Source: an uncultured bacterium (lineage in GTDB: Bacteria; Patescibacteriota; Gracilibacteria; Absconditabacterales; Absconditicoccaceae). Taken from it: a stretch of DNA of 64,000 bases. Below are positions 26,741 through 39,386 of this stretch, in pieces. The stretch's first letter is position 1, and every line of letters begins with the position of its first letter. The DNA lies in NCBI GenBank assembly GCA_946404285.1, contig CAMJDC010000001.1, forward strand, positions 4,068-68,067, in the 5' to 3' direction. The position numbers and the translations under genes were made by a program. The notes beneath the pieces are model-generated. The model saw only the letters and a list, made by a program, of their open reading frames with translations, did not search any database and was not told the DNA's origin.

Positions 26741-28288
26741 CTATTTCATTTTCAAAATTTCATCCAAATTCACCCTCTTATGTGAAAGTTTTGGCACTTT
26801 CACCTGCGATCAGAGTTTATTTTTTGATTTCAATCGGTCATAGAATGTTCATTTTTTCACTATATGAATTATAGGCATTTTGAGCAACATATCATTTTTA
26901 CGCTTTGCTTTATAATCTGGATTAATTTCTTGTAAGTACGAATCGATCTTTTCGGTCAAATCCTTATCGGATAAATCAGACTTTTTTTCTAATTCAATAA
27001 CCCATTCATGCCTAGTTGGTCAGTCTTCACTATCTGGTCAAATCGTGTAATATGTAATATTTACTCCATCTTTTGATAATTTTTCAATCACTGAATTTAC
27101 ATGAGTTTCCATGAGTTCCTCTCATTTCAAATTTATAGATTGCCTGGTTCTTCACACGATTTTAAATCTCAATTTCTCATCTACAAAACTAATCACATCT
27201 CAAATTAAATAACGAACCAATCATGCATTCGTAGTAATTACCAACGCAAACTTTTTTCAAATATCATTCTGATTTATTTCTCGAATTGGTTTAGCTTTAG
27301 CTGATTTTTTTACATTTCATTCATCATCAAAATTATCTGAGTTTAATTCTAAGAATTCATAAAAAATTCCATGATTAGTCAATAATTTATAAGGAGCATC
27401 TCAATCTGAATTATCATAATTAATAATATCTTGATATCCAAAATATCCCTCCGACGCATTATACGCTCACATATATTTGATATTATATTTATTGAAATAA
27501 TGCATATATGGAGCTACATCCACTCATCATCAAATTATGAGTTCCATATTTTTGACTAGTTTTTCAAACTTTTTCTTATCTTTACTTTCTATGTAAATCA
27601 AAATCTCATACGCCCAACTCGTTACTCAAACCATAGTATTTTCTCTATTTTCATTTATTTCTTCATAGACTACTTTTATTTTATCTTCCCAACTTGGATT
27701 TAACAATACAGATTTCGGTAATGAATACCTACTCGCAGTTGCTCACCTTCTTTCCAAAAGAATTAAAGCTGATACATCTCACACTTTATAGGAACCATTA
27801 TCTTCCTGTATCGTTCACGTTAAAGGGAAAAAATCTCCTCTCAAAAAATGAATTCATTTATATCAACGTAAAATCTCCGCAAACATATACGCTCAAACTT
27901 TCGTAGTGCTTTTCATCGCCTCATTTGTAACAGGAATATGTTTTTTATTTCATGTCGTTCACGATGATGCAGAAAATTTCCTAATCTTTCATGGTCGAAT
28001 AATATTTTCTTTCTCTTTGGCTAATTCTATATAATCTCTAAAATCCTTATACTCAAAAATAGGAATATTTTTACAAAAATCTGAATAAATATTCTCTGAT
28101 ATACAAATTTTATCAAATTTAAAATCGCTTCAAAACTGAGTCTTTTGAATTTTATTCAATAGTGATTTTAAAATCTTTTTTTGATTTTTAGTCTGATTCT
28201 TTTCATCTCTTATTACTGCACCGTATACAGTATTGAATGCTAGTCTACTAGCATAATCAAACAAAATATCATACAATTTCATCTCCAT
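26741..28288 (-). CDS. GH3-family acyl-adenylating enzyme
   Basis: SASSGTTG.KKHIPVT, YNASEGYFG, RYLIGDV, GRT, KVPKL. Confidence 0.85.
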
Positions 28289-28305
28289 TTTTCAGAAAAA
28301 CTAAA

Positions 28306-29028
28306 CTATTTCTTAAAAGGATATGTTATATACTTTATATCTACATTTCAATTTCAAGTTCTAATTAATTCTTGAGAAATCTTTTCAGAATTCTTATTTG
28401 GAAAATATCTATTAATATCGTCATAATACTGCTTTACCGTCATTCTTCAATTAACCGATTTCGCTACCCTTTTTACAATTCATCACACATAATCAAATAC
28501 CACATCTTTATATTGTTTTTCTTTCATATCCATAACTGTATTTCACAGATTATTCAATTTTTCTTGTAATGAATTTTCACCTCAAAACAATAAAGGAACT
28601 CAGATTTTTCTAACAAAAAATGGCATATCATTAATTATTATATTAACCAACTGCTTTACTACACGACAAAACTCCCTTTTATCATCTATCACAAAACTCA
28701 TTCTTCATTCGTTTCCTAAAACCAGTACAGGATGCGCTAAAAGATAAGAATTCAAAATAGGTACAACTTTTTCTCTCGCCTTTTGGCTTAATTTATACAT
28801 TTTCACTTCCTCATCAAAATAATCCAATATTGCTCTCGTAATTATTTTTGGATCAACGTAAGAACTAAGAATTTCTTTATCATCTTGATGATTTAAAGCA
28901 CTAGAAAGCTGCATATTAGTCTGATTTTTTAAATCATTTTGACTATTACCAAAATTATTTGCTTCAATATTTAATGGCATAGTAGCAAATGTTAAAGAAA
29001 TTACTCAAGTTTTTAATAAATCCCTCAT
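28306..29028 (-). CDS. Secreted hypothetical protein
   Basis: Signal-peptide-like N-terminus; 240-aa ORF checked free of TAA/TAG. Confidence 0.7.
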
Positions 29029-29352
29029 TGACTATACTTTAATAAAAATACATTCACAACATTAATACTAGACAACAATTTTTCCATATGAAGAAACAAA
29101 ATAAACACATAAATCATAATAAAAAAATATAAAAAGTCAAAAGTTCTTGAAAAAAAATCGCAATCCTCATTATAAAAATCACCTTTTAACAAGTAAAGTT
29201 TCTATTCAAAATCTACTTTAAATGCGAAGATATCAAAAAATGTAATCTAAAATTTGCAAAATAAAAATTTTTATATATAATTAAAGCATAAATGTTTCAG
29301 AGAGTTTTGTTTACTCTGAACATATTATTTATTCTTTTATTATTTTATACAC

Positions 29353-29820
29353 ATGAAAATGAAGAAAATGTTATTTGGAGCATTTCTAGGAATGTTCGCC
29401 GTAGCTGGAGTAGCTGTTTTACCTAATCACGCTAATGCTACTGAAGGTAATTTCAAAACCACAGACTGATTTGTTGATTGAGGTTGATTTAATTCCCAAG
29501 ATACTTCATACAACGTAAACGTAGCATGATCTGATGATATGCAAGAAGATTCATTAATTAGAGTAATCAAAACAGCCATCAACTGGGTACTTGGAATCTT
29601 GGCATTAATCGCTCTATGTCTATGTCTATGGGGAGGTTTCCAAATGATGACTTCAGGTGGAGACGAAGGAAAATATGGAAATGGAATCAACTTACTTAAA
29701 TGGGCTGCTATCGGTTTAGCTGTTATTGCTTTATCTTGGCTTATTGTAAGTATTGTCTTCTATGTAATCCAATGATCAACAGGTGCACAAGGAGTCCTTG
29801 ATAGCACTTCATCAACATAA
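29353..29820 (+). CDS. TrbC/VirB2-like CPR pilin 1
   Basis: Signal peptide ending ANA; INWVLG...GGFQMMTSGGDEGK...KWAAIGLAVIALSW two-helix pilin core. Confidence 0.85.
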
Positions 29821-29844
29821 TTTATTAAATTATACATAAATTCA

Positions 29845-30258
29845 ATGTGAAGAATAGCTAAAAGGCTTATGATTCTTGGTATATCCATAATAACTCTATG
29901 ATACATATCTCCATGTATCACACTAGCAGATGGACCTCGGGGTTTCTGAGATATATGGTGAGTTCCACAAGTAAACGTACCATGAACAGAAAAAAATAGA
30001 GAGGATTCACTCCTGCACACAATAAGAGTAGCCATCAACCGGGTACTCGGGCTTCTAGCAACTATTACTCTAGTTCTATGTATATATGCAGGATTCCAAA
30101 TGTTAATAGCTGGAGGAGATAGCGAAAAATATAAAAACTGATTTAATATTCTAAAAAGTGCCGCTTTATGATTAGCTATCATCGGTACTTCACGACTAAT
30201 AGTCAGCCTAATATTCTATGTTGTTATGTGATCTGTGAATCCAAACATTGGAAACTAA
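29845..30258 (+). CDS. TrbC/VirB2-like CPR pilin 2
   Basis: Paralogue core AIN(CGG)VLG...AGFQMLIAGGDSEKY...AALGLAIIGTS(CGA)LIVS. Confidence 0.85.
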
Positions 30259-30315
30259 AAAAACTTTTCATGTGATTATATACTCAAAATCAAAAATCAT
30301 ATGATGCATCATAAC

Positions 30316-30349
30316 AAAAGACTGAGTCGAAAGACTTGGTCTTTTTTTT
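30316..30349 (+). terminator. Intrinsic terminator (GAAA loop)
   Basis: aaaagactgagtc-gaaa-gacttggtctttt followed by a T-tract. Confidence 0.8.
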
Positions 30350-30567
30350 ATCACTCTAAATAACAAATAAATTAAAAAATGTGATAATAAAGAATCCATA
30401 AAAATGATTATAAGATATCACTTTATTAACCAATAAATAAATCAAAACATATAAAAATTCCACCAAAAAATTTGCAAAATTAATAATTTTAAATAAAATT
30501 AAAACATAAATATTTCAAATAATTTACTTACCCAAAACATAATATTTATTATATTACACACATAAAA

Positions 30568-31107
30568 ATGAAGAAAATATTAGTTGGAGCGTTTCTAGGA
30601 ATATTCACCGTAGCCGGAATAGCTATTTTACCTAATTACACCGATGCTAGTGATAGATTTAAAAGCACAAAATGATTTACTGATTGAGGTTGATTTAATT
30701 CTCAAGACGTTCAATATAACGTAGACGTAGCATGAGCCAAAGACATGCAAGAAGATTCGTTAATTAGAGTCATCAAAACAGCCATCAACTGGGTACTTGG
30801 AATCTTGGCATTAATCGCTCTATGCCTATGTCTATGGGGAGGCTTCCAAATGATGATATCAGGTGGTGATGAATGAAAATATGGGAACGGAATCAATTTA
30901 CTTAAATGGGCTGCTATCGGTTTAGCCGTTATTGCTCTATCTTGGCTTATTGTAAGTATCATCTTCTATGTAATCCAATGATCAACTGAAGGTGCAGAAT
31001 TAGACTCAGAAACCAGCAATACTAGTGCTCAATGAACTAGACAAACATACCAATGAACTAAACAACCATACCAATGAAATGGTAGATCCGCCGATGTGAA
31101 ACACTAA
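30568..31107 (+). CDS. TrbC/VirB2-like CPR pilin 3 (duplicate of pilin 1 with extended C-tail)
   Basis: Core near-identical to pilin 1; tail QGTRQTYQGTKQPYQG. Confidence 0.85.
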
Positions 31108-31150
31108 AAAACAAAACAACTTTTCATGTAATATATAGATACCTCATAAC

Positions 31151-31182
31151 AAAAGACTAAGTGAAAAAACTTGGTCTTTTTT
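31151..31182 (+). terminator. Intrinsic terminator, paralogous to 30316-30349
   Basis: aaaagactaagt-gaaaaa-acttggtctttt. Confidence 0.75.
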
Positions 31183-31388
31183 ACATTATAAATATAAAAG
31201 ATATTTTAAATAATACCCTATCATACATAGCAAAAAATCATCAGCTTCTCCGGTTTACAAATCAATCAAACAACTTATTACACTAATAATAACAATTTCA
31301 ACGAAGATTACCTACAAAAAACAACCATGTTGTATTTTTTATAAAAATTCTTATAAATTATTTTAGTTTTATTTTCTTCCACATCCAA

Positions 31389-31904
31389 ATGGCCCAACAA
31401 AACACAGCACTTGTCCTAATTGGACTTCAGGAATTATGGAGAGATAAAAATTCTGATTACCATTTACGTAATATGGATGCATTAATAAGTAGAGCTTGCT
31501 ACTTAATCCAATATGCAAGGGAAATGGATTACAAAATTATTTTCATAAAACATCATGAAAAAGAATGACCATTCTCAGAAAGAGATCCTCTTTCATCATT
31601 GATTGAAGATCTTTGTCCACAACCAGGAGACGTAATAATCAGAAAACGTAAAATTTCATGTTTTTACAATACAAAACTAGAAGAAGAATTACAATGAATC
31701 AAAAATATAGTATTTGCTTGAATACCTACTAATCTATGCGTTAGAATGTTTGCAGAAGAAGCCTACGATAGAGAATTCAATCTCGCACTTATCGAAGACA
31801 TTTGCCAAAGTTACAACGACAAATTACAGGATTTCACACTTGATGATTTAAATGAATCCAGACCAGACCTAGATATCGTAAGATTAGACAAATTTCTATG
31901 ATAA
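31389..31904 (+). CDS. Isochorismatase-like cysteine hydrolase (catalytic Asp replaced by Gly)
   Basis: TALVLIGLQ, K.KISCFYNT.L, AGIPTNLCV, ED. Confidence 0.85.
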
Positions 31905-31939
31905 AAATCCGATTTTTTACCAAATTATTATAAATAAAA

Positions 31940-32467
31940 ATGCAATGAGCAAAACTCGTTAGTGAACTAATCCAAGAACATGAACCTCAACGCATATTAG
32001 ACCTCAAAGCTAGAAAATGATATTTCAGCATTTTAGCCGCTAGTTATTGAGCAAAAGTTGACGTACTCGATGATATAGACAATGCAGAATTCCCAGATTA
32101 TCTCAAAGATCATCCAAATATCACATATTATAAATGAAAAATTGAGAACTTTCAATTCAAAGAAAAATATGACTTCATTATAGCCAAACATGTCGTTATG
32201 TATTATCCCAAAGAATATATACTAGAAAAACTAATGACAGACATATATAATCATCTAAATAGGAATGGAATCTGCTTTATTACATACCATCTTCCAGATT
32301 CATATACAATGATTAATAATGAATGATTATACCAATATGAACTTGATGACTTCAAATGACTAAAATGAAAATTTGTACTAAAAGACTTTTGAAACTATAC
32401 CAACCCTGTTTCCTGAGAGATTAATAAAGAACATCACGTAGAATACGTGGTTCTCATCAGACAATAA
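31940..32467 (+). CDS. Class I SAM methyltransferase-like protein, degenerate motif I
   Basis: RILDLKARKGYFSILAASYGAKVDVLD, KYDFII, LNRNGI. Confidence 0.7.
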
Positions 32468-32494
32468 AACAATTTACACCAACTCCAGATAATA

Positions 32495-33967
32495 ATGCTA
32501 ATTGATATAGTAGATCAATACGACTCTGAAAAAAAACAATACCTAAAAGAACTTCGAACGAAGATAATTTTACAATTATCTACACAACAAGATCATAAAA
32601 AAATCGTAGCATTTTTATCAAAAGCTTGAATCATTAACATTGAAGATAGTGAAAAAAAAGTATATATTGGATTTTCCAATGATTTCATGCTTTCCAATGC
32701 CAAAAAAAATTTTAATAAAAGTCTGAAAGACGCTATACAAACAGTTTATAACCCACAATATAATATTGAATATATCGTTTATCCCCCATTTTCAACAAGT
32801 AGTGACTTATTAATAGACTTGTGAGACTTACTAAATATCAAAGCAACCGAAAAAAAGATTCCGGATCCGATATGAGAATCCCTAAAAGATAAACTATACA
32901 ATTATTTTGGAATACTTTTAGATCCATCATTCAGATTTGATAATTTTATCGCATGATCAAATAATCAATTTGCTTTTTCTGCTGCAAAAGCTGTTGCTGA
33001 AACTCCTTGAACTGCCTATAATCCCCTATTCATATATGGAAATGTTGGACTAGGTAAGACGCACCTCATGCAAGCTATTTGAAACGAAATCAATTCCAAT
33101 TATCCAGATAAAGTTATTATCTACCTCCCTGCTACAAAGTTAATTGACGAAATAATCTTAGCAATACAAAAAAAGAATTTAAGCTCACTTATGAGAAAAT
33201 TTGATGACGTTGACGCTTTGCTAATCGATGATATCCAATTTTTAGCATGAAAAGATAAAACTCAAGAAATTTTTCACAACATTTTCAATGATTTTCATTC
33301 AAAGAAAAAACAAATAATCTTTTCTTCAGACCGTCCACCAAGGGAACTTACTGAAATAGAACCAAGATTAAAAACTAGATTTGCTATATGATTGGTTGCT
33401 GATATCAAAGCACCAGACTATGAAACAAGAATCGCTATCCTTCAATCAAAACTCGAGATTAAACAAGAATCTATAGATTCTGAATTATTATGAATTATTG
33501 CTCAAAACATCACTTCAAATGTTCGTGAATTAGAATGAGCTTTGAATTTCTTATTAACTAGAAAAGCTTTCAGCTGAAACGAAATAACTGAAAATGATGT
33601 CTATGCTTGCTTAGAAACTCTAGGATATAATCCCACAAAACCTATGGAATGAAACACTAATAACTTAAATTCGAAATCCCAAAGAAATTTTGACACAATC
33701 GTCGAAATGGTTGCAAATTATTATTCAATTTCTGTTGCTGAATTAAAATCTGATTCAAGGAAAAAGGAAATCACAACAGCCAGACAAATTCTCATGCTCA
33801 TAGCAAAAAAGCATTTCAGACGGACACAACAAAAAATCTGAATGTACTTTTGATGAAAAAATCACGCCACAGTAATTTATGCAATTTGAAATATAGAAAA
33901 AAAGTTGAAATCCGATGAAGATATTCAGCAAGATTACCAAATTTTCACAGAGCGAGTTAACCAATAG
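32495..33967 (+). CDS. dnaA: Chromosomal replication initiator DnaA
   Basis: FDNFIAGSNN, YNPLFIYGNVGLGKTHL, LLIDDIQF, SDRPP, NVRELEGA, ARQI.M, FGGKNHATV. Confidence 0.97.
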
Positions 33968-33982
33968 CTCTAAAATTTATCC

Positions 33983-35095
33983 CTATCTTTTTGGAGTATC
34001 AGAATTGTTTTGAATTAATTTCCAAAACTCTCATTGTGTAGATGTATTTCAATCAACATTTCAATGTTTATTTCATAATCCAGATTTTTTAATTTTTTCA
34101 GAAAATTGGATTATATCCGCATGCATCTGATCGCCTTGATATGTTACTATTCCCTTTTCTTGATCAACTCTGTCATCTGAATAACAAGCTATCCAAGCTG
34201 GACATTTTGCAAATGAAGGATTCGCATAAAAATAATCATGATATGTCGAAGCATTAGCATAAATACCTGGAGTTACTCAAGTTTTTTTCTCAAAAAGTTT
34301 TAACCATTTCAAAACAGCTTCCCCATACCTCTTTCATTGGGCAGTATTGGCCCTTATAACTGATTCATTACGAGAAAACTCAAAATCTAACATTGGCACA
34401 AGATCAACTAATCAATCTCCATCCTCATTTATAACATTATAAATCTGAATAAATTCATTTACCTGATTCTCTATTCATTCATCTGTAATTCCAGCCTCAC
34501 TCTTATCAAAATAGGCATAAGTTCAGACAGCCATATCCTTACCTAGCTTATCTTTATGTTCTTTAATTTTTTGATAATGTTCTCTAGCTTTAGGATCTTC
34601 AGCTTTTTCTTTTCTTCATAGAATATAAATAAATTTAGGTCTTCTCTTATCTTCATTATCACTATTATCCAAAGATTCCGACCAATCTGTAAAAATATCT
34701 ACATCATTCTGATTAAAACGAGAAATATCTAATCCAAAAACTTTAGAATCTTCTCACAAAAATTCAGTCATAGTTCACTCATCAGATGATAATAGATGCT
34801 TAAAATCAATCTTCTGTCATCAAATAAACAATCATCAAGCGACACCTAACGCTCATAAAGTTCTAAGCATTTTATCAGACAGAAATCAAAGAAACTTTCA
34901 CGGTTTATTTTTCTTTATTGCTTTTCAGATATATTTATCTCCCGCTTTTAAAGCATCATATCACAGCACAAAAACTCCCCACAATCAATTAGCAACAGAT
35001 TTTACAACCAAATAAACTCATTTTCCTATACCTTTTCAAGCATCTACAACATTTAAAGCTGAATCTTTAACAGTACGTGGTGATTTTTTTAACAT
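33983..35095 (-). CDS. Membrane-anchored GH25 lysozyme
   Basis: FGLDISRFN, GTYAY, PMLDFE (DxE), PGIYAN, WIACY, IIQFS, VDGN. Confidence 0.85.
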
Positions 35096-35262
35096 TTGTA
35101 TAATCGTATAACATATAAACATATACTAAGTATATAAATAAATACAAAAATGTCAAGATAAAAAATAAACGACTCATTGATAATTATAAATATAAACAAC
35201 AAAAAAATACCACAATTAATACAAATCATGGTATTTTTTAAGCAAAAAGTTATATGGAAACA

Positions 35263-35880
35263 CTACATATTCTTAATAATTTTTTTCACGACACCCACTA
35301 CTTTAGTCTCATCAAAAGGATCTATCTCAACATTATCAAAAAATCTGTTCACTGATTCTAAAAACACTCACTCATCCGTTTTAATAATTTTTTTGAGCTT
35401 AGGCAATTGATTATGAACCACAAACACATAATCATTTGGATCATAACTCTCCTGCTGATGAATTAAAACTAAGTCTCAATCTTGAATCTTTGGTTCCATT
35501 GAATTTCACTTTGCACGAACAAAAAAACAATTCTCTAAATCATGCATACCAATAAACGCCATGGTCACAGGGATACGTTCCTGCGTATACTCATTTATCA
35601 CAGCTTTTCACTGATTACCACACTGAGCAAATCCAAAAATAGGTAACTGAACTATATCCGTATATTTATCAGTGATAGATTCACGTACCAGACGATAACC
35701 TTTTTCATCTTTTACAAAATATCACTTTAAAACCAACTGATTCAGCTTATTCAAAACCGTCTGTGGATGCTTAACTCCAATTTCTGCTGCAATCTCTCTA
35801 AGAGTAAGTCACTCCCCACTCGTATTCTTTTTGAAGAATAAAATTAAAGCTTTCTGCACATCATCTAGTTCATGTTTCAT
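35263..35880 (-). CDS. lexA: LexA-family repressor (S24 peptidase)
   Basis: Winged HTH (TLREIAAEIG), LPIFGFAQCG cleavage site, GNSMEP.I.DGD, KLKK; divergent from recA. Confidence 0.85.
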
Positions 35881-35919
35881 CAGTATATAATTAATGAATA
35901 AAAAAGAATCTGACACATA

Positions 35920-36002
35920 TTCACATTTTCTTTATAAGAATCTCTTTGACAATGTCAAATCTTTTTTTGATAAAAAATCAGATTTTTTTGACATTTTCTA
36001 AA
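35920..36002. promoter_or_regulatory. Candidate LexA operator array in the lexA-recA intergenic region
   Basis: Perfect palindrome TTTGACAATGTCAAA (35945-35959) plus two degenerate copies. Confidence 0.5.
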
Positions 36003-36096
36003 ACGCAGTCTGGAACTGGTGAAAAATCTCTTGAAATTTTAAAATTTTTTATTACGATGATTGCGTTATGATTTTTTACCCCTTATACAAACAAAC

Positions 36097-37173
36097 ATGA
36101 CAACGAAAGATTCAGCTGAACTCAAAAATGCCCTAGCAAGCATTGAAAAACAATTCGGAAAATGAGCCGTAATCAAAATGTGAGATCATTCCACATTCGG
36201 ATTAGTAAACACTTTCCACAGTGGATCATATATCTTAGACCTAATATTATGATGAGGTTATCCAGAATGACGTGTAGTAGAAATCTACTGACCAGAATCC
36301 AGTTGAAAAACTACAATCGCATTACACGCCATAGCAGAAATCCAAAAACGTGGAGAAGTAGCAGCATTCATTGACGCAGAACATGCACTTGATCCACATT
36401 ATGCCAAAAAACTCTGAGTAAATATCGATGATTTACTACTTGCCCAGCCTGATTACGGAGAGCAAGCTCTACAAATCGCAGAAGAACTTGCAAAATCATG
36501 ATCAGTTAAATTAATCGTTGTAGATTCAGTAGCAGCTCTCGTCCCAAAAGCTGAAGTAGAATGAGATATGGGAGATACCTACATGTGACTACAAGCCAGA
36601 ATGATGTCTCAATGACTTAGAAAACTGACTTCAGTTCTAGCTAAAACGTGAACTACATGTATCTTCATCAACCAAATCAGAATGAAAATCGGTGTAATGT
36701 TCGGAAATCCAGAAACTACTACATGATGAAATGCTCTCAAATTCTTCGCATCTCAAAGAATTGAAATCAGAAAATGAGATAAAATTACAGAAGACAAAGA
36801 ACAAATCTGATATTATGCAAAAGTTAAAGTTGCTAAAAACAAAATTGCAGCTCCATTCAAAACAGCAGAACTTCCAGTTAAATGGAATATGTGATATGAC
36901 AAAATTAGTGATATTATCGAAGCATCTGTATTATTAAAAACTATCACAAAAAGTTGAGCATTCTATACATTATGAAATCAAAAATTTCAATGAAAAGAAA
37001 AACTATCTCAATATTTACAGTGAGATGCTAAAGCTCTAGCCGAATTACAAAAAAAGATTGAATCAGCTATCAAGGATATGAGAATGTGAAAACAAGTTCT
37101 CGATGACGAAACATTTGAACACTTAGATGAAGTAATCGAAGATATCGCTGGAGTAGAAGACGAAGAAAAATAA
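36097..37173 (+). CDS. recA: Recombinase A
   Basis: [71 protein letters not shown]. Confidence 0.98.
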
Positions 37174-37200
37174 TCATATTAAAATAAAAATTAACATTAA

Positions 37201-37237
37201 AAAAGATGATTTCTATAGAGATCATCTCTTTTTTTTT
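37201..37237. terminator. Bidirectional terminator
   Basis: agatgatttc-tata-gagatcatct stem with flanking A and T tracts. Confidence 0.75.
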
Positions 37238-37242
37238 AATCA

Positions 37243-39351
37243 CTAACTATTCACCTCACAATTAGTTTGATTATATCCTACATTATATATAATATTTCAT
37301 TCACTATCATATATATCTATTGGATCTTTTTTAATATTAACCCTATATTCATAGTCTTCCCACTTACCTTCTTCCCCACATATCATCTTAACTGACTTAC
37401 AAATATCAGTTTCTTCAACTCCATATATTATAGAACCATATTCACGTTTTTCATTACTCCACGGAAGTACACAACCACTCCAACATCATGTTTTTGTTTT
37501 CAACGAAGGTGCTCACTCCACATAATCATAACCTCTATCACATTTATAGGTACACTCATTTGAAGTTGTAAAATATACATAATCTTTAGATTCAGGATAC
37601 CAATTATTATTATAATTACCAGAAGCAATCTGTTTAAAACCTGTTATTAATTTTACTGCATTTTGTGGTAAACTTGAATCTAAACAAGTACCAGTTCTAG
37701 TTCACGGCACACAACTACATTTTTTTGTCTTACTACTTCCTACCAAACATGCATCTCCATCAAGAGTATAATTTGGATAACAATCTCATCTGTAATAGGG
37801 ATGAGATTTACATGTACTTGCTTCATAATCAATACAAGGTTGTCCATTTGTTCTCCAATTATCAATTCTAGTCGTATTAAAAACATAAACACTCGTATCA
37901 CATGATTTTTTCTCTAAATTATTACAAGATTGATATATATAATTAATATTTCAATCATCATATTTTTCGACATCAGCACCACTACCACCAATCTTTATCC
38001 AATCCCCATCGACACACTTTAGAACAGCCATTATATTATTACATGAAGCATTATTATCACATTGATATCAAGATTGACTATATCATGTTATTATAGCACC
38101 ATGACCAGTAAAACTTAAATCCCAAGGAACTTTACAATCTTCCATACACTTATCTCATGTTTGATCATAACTATAATGCTCTGCACACTTATACACACAA
38201 GGATTTTCTCAATTATCTATTGAAGGACATACCTCCATTCAAGTTAAAATTTTAGTTTCAAATACAACATTCTTATAATCACCTATAGAAGCACACTGAC
38301 TATAACGCCCAGTACCATTACTTTCCATCTTCAAATAATCAGCACCAGTACAATATCAGTCTTTATCTTGAGGATCTTCCAATTCATCATCACCAGTTCA
38401 AAGCCTTCTTAATACATTATTACTATAACCCTGCAAAGAGCCATTTCGTAATCAGATTAATCAATTACAATTACTAGTACAATTCGGTAAACTTCAAAAA
38501 CTTACAGCCCCATTTGATACTACTCATGTCGATGCATTACCGTTAATTCACAGTCACTTCTGCACATTAATATAAAATGCATTACTTGCCTTTGGAGTAA
38601 ATCCACCATTATCATTAGAAAATGCAAAAATATTACTATAACTTGCAGTTACTTTATATCACGCAACTATAACATTACTTGTATCACTTCAACTAATTGT
38701 ATTTCTTTCTCATCACAATATGAATGAATCTTTTCCATAAACTTTATTATTTTTTCATCACAAAATCACTGCATTATCTCAATTTACCATATTACCACTT
38801 CCTCAAATTATAACATTAGGGACACTCGAAGAAGTAGATGTTACTTTATTTTCTTTTCATCACATAATTGTAACATTATCATTATCTCTATTTACCACCA
38901 AGTTATATCATCAAATAATAGTAACATTATCTCATGAAATTTTCAAATTATCTCATCATAATAAATTAACAAATTTTCCAGACATATAAACTCAAATATA
39001 TTCATTATTACTATTATATCACTTTTTAATTACAATCGGAATCGGAGTTACATACAATTTATCTATACCTCAACGATCATCCACACTCATTGTACTTTCT
39101 ATATTAGACAGATTTGCTTCTCTCACAAAATCTAATTTATATAACACCTCTTTTTTTTCATCCAATCACGGATAAGTTACTTCACGACTTGCTGTATTAT
39201 CAGCATCTACAAAAGACATAGAAAATAGAATTAATCCCAATGCTCAAAAACAAAACAAACAACTCAAAATTATCAAGAACTTCGAAAAATATCATAGTTC
39301 TCAATTATTTGTCTTAGATATTAAAGATTTTACTTTTCGTTTTTGTTCCAT
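37243..39351 (-). CDS. Large surface protein: TM anchor, GG..N beta-roll repeats, Cys-rich modules
   Basis: About 7 repeats of (I/L)GG..N...G of about 14-15 aa (many TGA TGA); two C..PW...HG/YG modules; many Cys. Confidence 0.75.
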
Positions 39352-39386
39352 TTAACTATAATGGCAGAATAAAATTAGATATACTA

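Noticed and set aside
31185-34000. oriC next to dnaA
   Set aside because: No cluster of TTATCCACA-like boxes seen and no dnaN; the one perfect box noticed (12137-12145) lies inside a CDS; GC skew could not be computed
33983-35880. Prophage remnant (lysozyme plus cI-like repressor)
   Set aside because: The repressor is divergent from recA as expected for LexA; no integrase, holin or structural phage genes
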